Assembly: GCA_021324975.1 (NCBI GenBank)
Contig: JAJPIA010000011.1
Span: forward strand, 15,984 to 79,983
Reading direction: 5' to 3'
DNA from: Bacillota bacterium
Lineage (GTDB): Bacteria; Sysuimicrobiota; Sysuimicrobiia; Sysuimicrobiales; Segetimicrobiaceae
DNA: 64,000 nt
The notes under the pieces are model-generated. The model did not search any database, was not told where the DNA came from, and saw nothing but the letters and a program-made list of their open reading frames with translations. The position numbers and the translations under genes were made by a program. This document shows positions 61,555 through 64,000 of the stretch, piece after piece; positions within the stretch are counted from its first letter, which is position 1; each line of letters begins with the position of its first letter.

Positions 61555-62277
61555 ATGGCGCGCGTTCTCGTCGGCACCTCGGGGTGGAACTATCCGCACT
61601 GGCGCACCCGGTTCTACCCGCGGGACGTCGCGGTCAGCGCGTGGCTGGGGTACTATGCCCGCCGCTTCCCCACGGTGGAGGTCAACAACACGTTCTATCG
61701 CCTCCCGGAGGCGCGCGTCTTCCGCGCGTGGCAGGCGGCCGTCCCACGATCCTTTGTGTTCGCCGTCAAGGCGAGCCGGTTTATAACGCACATCCGCCGC
61801 CTCCGGCTCAGCCGGGCGCCCGTCCGGCTCCTCCTGACGCGCGCCCGGCCGCTTGGCCGGGCGCGCGGGCCGATCCTCTTCCAGCTTCCTCCGACATTCG
61901 GGCGCGACGACGCGCGGCTCGCGGACCTGCTTAGGTCGCTGCCGGCGGGCCCGCGGTACGCGATCGAGTTCCGCCACGTCTCCTGGCACTGCGACGCGGT
62001 GTATGACATGCTCCGGCGCGACCGCGTCGCGTGCTGCGTGAGCCACGGTCCGGACATCCCGTTGCGCCTCGTCCGGACGGCGCCGTTCGTCTACGCCAGG
62101 TTCCACGGCCCCGGCGGCATCGGCGCCGGGTGCTACACGGACGCGGCGCTGCGGCGCTGGGCGGGCCGGCTTCGCGAGCTCTGCGGCGGCGGCGCCTACG
62201 TGTACTTCAACAACGACCAGGAGGGCTACGCCGTGGCCAACGCCACGCGCCTGGCGGAGCTCCTCGCGCGAGATTGA
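61555..62277 (+). CDS. DUF72 (UPF0759) family protein
   Basis: GTSGW.Y, VEVNNTFY, FQLPP, EFRH.SW, YARFHG, YFNND. Confidence 0.93.
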   Translation: MARVLVGTSGWNYPHWRTRFYPRDVAVSAWLGYYARRFPTVEVNNTFYRLPEARVFRAWQAAVPRSFVFAVKASRFITHIRRLRLSRAPVRLLLTRARPLGRARGPILFQLPPTFGRDDARLADLLRSLPAGPRYAIEFRHVSWHCDAVYDMLRRDRVACCVSHGPDIPLRLVRTAPFVYARFHGPGGIGAGCYTDAALRRWAGRLRELCGGGAYVYFNNDQEGYAVANATRLAELLARD

Positions 62278-62305
62278 CACTCCCACGCGCAAGGCCGGCC
62301 GGTGC

Positions 62306-63082
62306 CTACGCCAGCCGGAACACTCCCGGCTTGACCTCCGGGAACCGCTGCCACACTTCCCCGTCGTGGCCGGGGCAGATCCGGTTTTCGTCGCCGCCCG
62401 CGAGCGTACGGATCCGCTCCATCGCCTCGAGGCACTCAGCGATGCTGCCGAGGTGGATCGCGGGCGGCGCCCACTCGCGCAGGTTGCGGTAGCATGTGAG
62501 CGCGTCGTTCGCGAGCACAAACGGGCCCCCGGCGGTCCGCACCGTCACAATCTGCATCCCGGGTGAATGGCCTCCCACGCGCTCGAGCCCGATCCCGTCC
62601 GCCAGCTCGACGGCTCCGTCCACGATGCGCAGCCGGTTGCCGGCGCGCAGCGTCCCGATGTCGTCTTCGAAACAGTCGCTCAGAAACCGGCGGTGCCATC
62701 GCTCCGCGGCGCCGTACCCCGTCCAGAACTCCAACTCTCGACGCTGGACGACGAACGTCGCCTTGGGGAAGAGGCCTTCCAGGTCGAAGTGGTCCCAGTG
62801 CAGGTGCGTGAGGACGACGGTCGAGACGGCCGCCGGGTCCACCCCGGCCGTTTCCAGCAATTCATCCCGGGTCCGCATCTGATCCACCGGCACGCCCTTG
62901 AGCTTGCCGAGGCGATGCGTGAACCCGGTGTCGACGACGATCGGGCCCTCCGGCGTCCGGAGCACCCACACAAAATACGCCGACGTCGTCGTTTCCCCCG
63001 CCGGGTGCAGGTACATCCGCGTCGACCAATCCACGGTCCGCCCGCCGGCGCTCAGCGCCTCGATCCCACACGTCGCGGCCAT
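62306..63082 (-). CDS. N-acyl homoserine lactonase-like metallo-beta-lactamase
   Basis: VDTG, THLHWDH, GHSPG, ND, PGHD; RBS GAGGAGGAG. Confidence 0.88.
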   Translation of the reverse strand: MAATCGIEALSAGGRTVDWSTRMYLHPAGETTTSAYFVWVLRTPEGPIVVDTGFTHRLGKLKGVPVDQMRTRDELLETAGVDPAAVSTVVLTHLHWDHFDLEGLFPKATFVVQRRELEFWTGYGAAERWHRRFLSDCFEDDIGTLRAGNRLRIVDGAVELADGIGLERVGGHSPGMQIVTVRTAGGPFVLANDALTCYRNLREWAPPAIHLGSIAECLEAMERIRTLAGGDENRICPGHDGEVWQRFPEVKPGVFRLA

Positions 63083-63293
63083 TCGCTCCTCCTCACGCGC
63101 CTCAGATCCGCGTGCTCGAAAGTTCAGGCGGCGTTCGCGCCGCGGACACGTTCCCGCACTCCTTCGGCAGTGGCACGGTTTCTCCTTACGCGCGCACGCG
63201 ATGACAGGGACGCATCGCGCGGCCATCGAAAGGGGCTGCGCCCGGCGTTCCCGCGTAGCGCCCGCGCCATACCTTGTCACGTGGAGGTTGCCG

Positions 63294-64000
63294 ATGGACG
63301 GCACGGCCAGAGTTGCGATGGTCACGGGGGCCGGGACGGGCATCGGCCGTGCGGCCGCGCTCGCGCTCGTCGAGGCGGGGTACGCGGTGGTCTTGGCCGG
63401 ACGCCATCGGGAGTCGCTGGAGGGGACGGCCCGGTCCGCGCCGGCGGGTGCACGCACCTTGGTCGTGCCCACGGACGTTTCCGACCCCGCCGCCGTCAAG
63501 GCCTTGTTCGCCGCCACAAAGGACGCGTGCGGCCGCCTGGACGTGCTGTTCAACAACGCCGGCATCGGCGCGCCCGCGATCCCGCTCGAGGATCTCTCCT
63601 ACGAGCAGTGGCGCGCCGTGGTGGAGACCAATCTCACCGGCGCGTTCCTCTGCACCCAGGAAGCGTTCCGCCTGATGAAGGCCCAGGCGCCCCGGGGGGG
63701 ACGCATCATCAACAACGGCTCGATCTCCGCGCACACTCCCCGCCCCTACTCGGCGCCGTATACGGCGACGAAGCACGCGATCACCGGCCTCACCAAGTCA
63801 ACCTCGCTCGACGGCCGCCGGTACGACATCGCGTGCGGGCAGATCGACATCGGCAACGCGGCCACGGACATGACGGCGCGGATGGAGGCCGGCGTCCCCC
63901 AGGCGGACGGGTCCATGCGCCCCGAGCCACGGATGGATCTCGTCCACGTGGCGCGCGCCGTCGTGTACATGGCGAACCTGCCGCTCGAGGCGAACGTCCA
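63294..64000 (+). CDS. SDR family oxidoreductase (partial, runs off right edge)
   Basis: [32 protein letters not shown]. Confidence 0.9.
   Translation, partial: MDGTARVAMVTGAGTGIGRAAALALVEAGYAVVLAGRHRESLEGTARSAPAGARTLVVPTDVSDPAAVKALFAATKDACGRLDVLFNNAGIGAPAIPLEDLSYEQWRAVVETNLTGAFLCTQEAFRLMKAQAPRGGRIINNGSISAHTPRPYSAPYTATKHAITGLTKSTSLDGRRYDIACGQIDIGNAATDMTARMEAGVPQADGSMRPEPRMDLVHVARAVVYMANLPLEANV

Overview
High-GC (roughly 70%, by eye) bacterial chromosomal window. It is dominated by catabolic and transport genes: an amino-sugar-type ABC/deacetylase/ROK/SIS/SDR operon under a GntR regulator, two peptide-type ABC clusters, an RND efflux pair, pgi, agmatinase, GGT, several peptidases and several SDRs. 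A visibly lower-GC block of about 14 kb (39.0-53.4 kb) holds a type I-G (I-U) CRISPR-Cas locus: csb1/cas7, csb2, cas3, short cas8g, MNT/HEPN modules, cas4-cas1, cas2, leader and a 27-repeat array, with rmuC divergent from it. The best novel signal is a 122-aa membrane protein translationally coupled to pgi (17913-18281, minus strand). The ORF track misses it because an in-frame UGA interrupts it, and that UGA is followed 11 nt later by a 17-nt hairpin, making it a candidate selenoprotein with a SECIS. Other notable items: a 1-nt frameshift in cas7, nested decayed and intact MNT-HEPN pairs inside the cas operon, a spacer with an internal 13-bp tandem duplication, a PRMT-like methyltransferase, and several deletion-junction pseudogenes. 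Family calls come from motif recognition by eye; no database searches were run.
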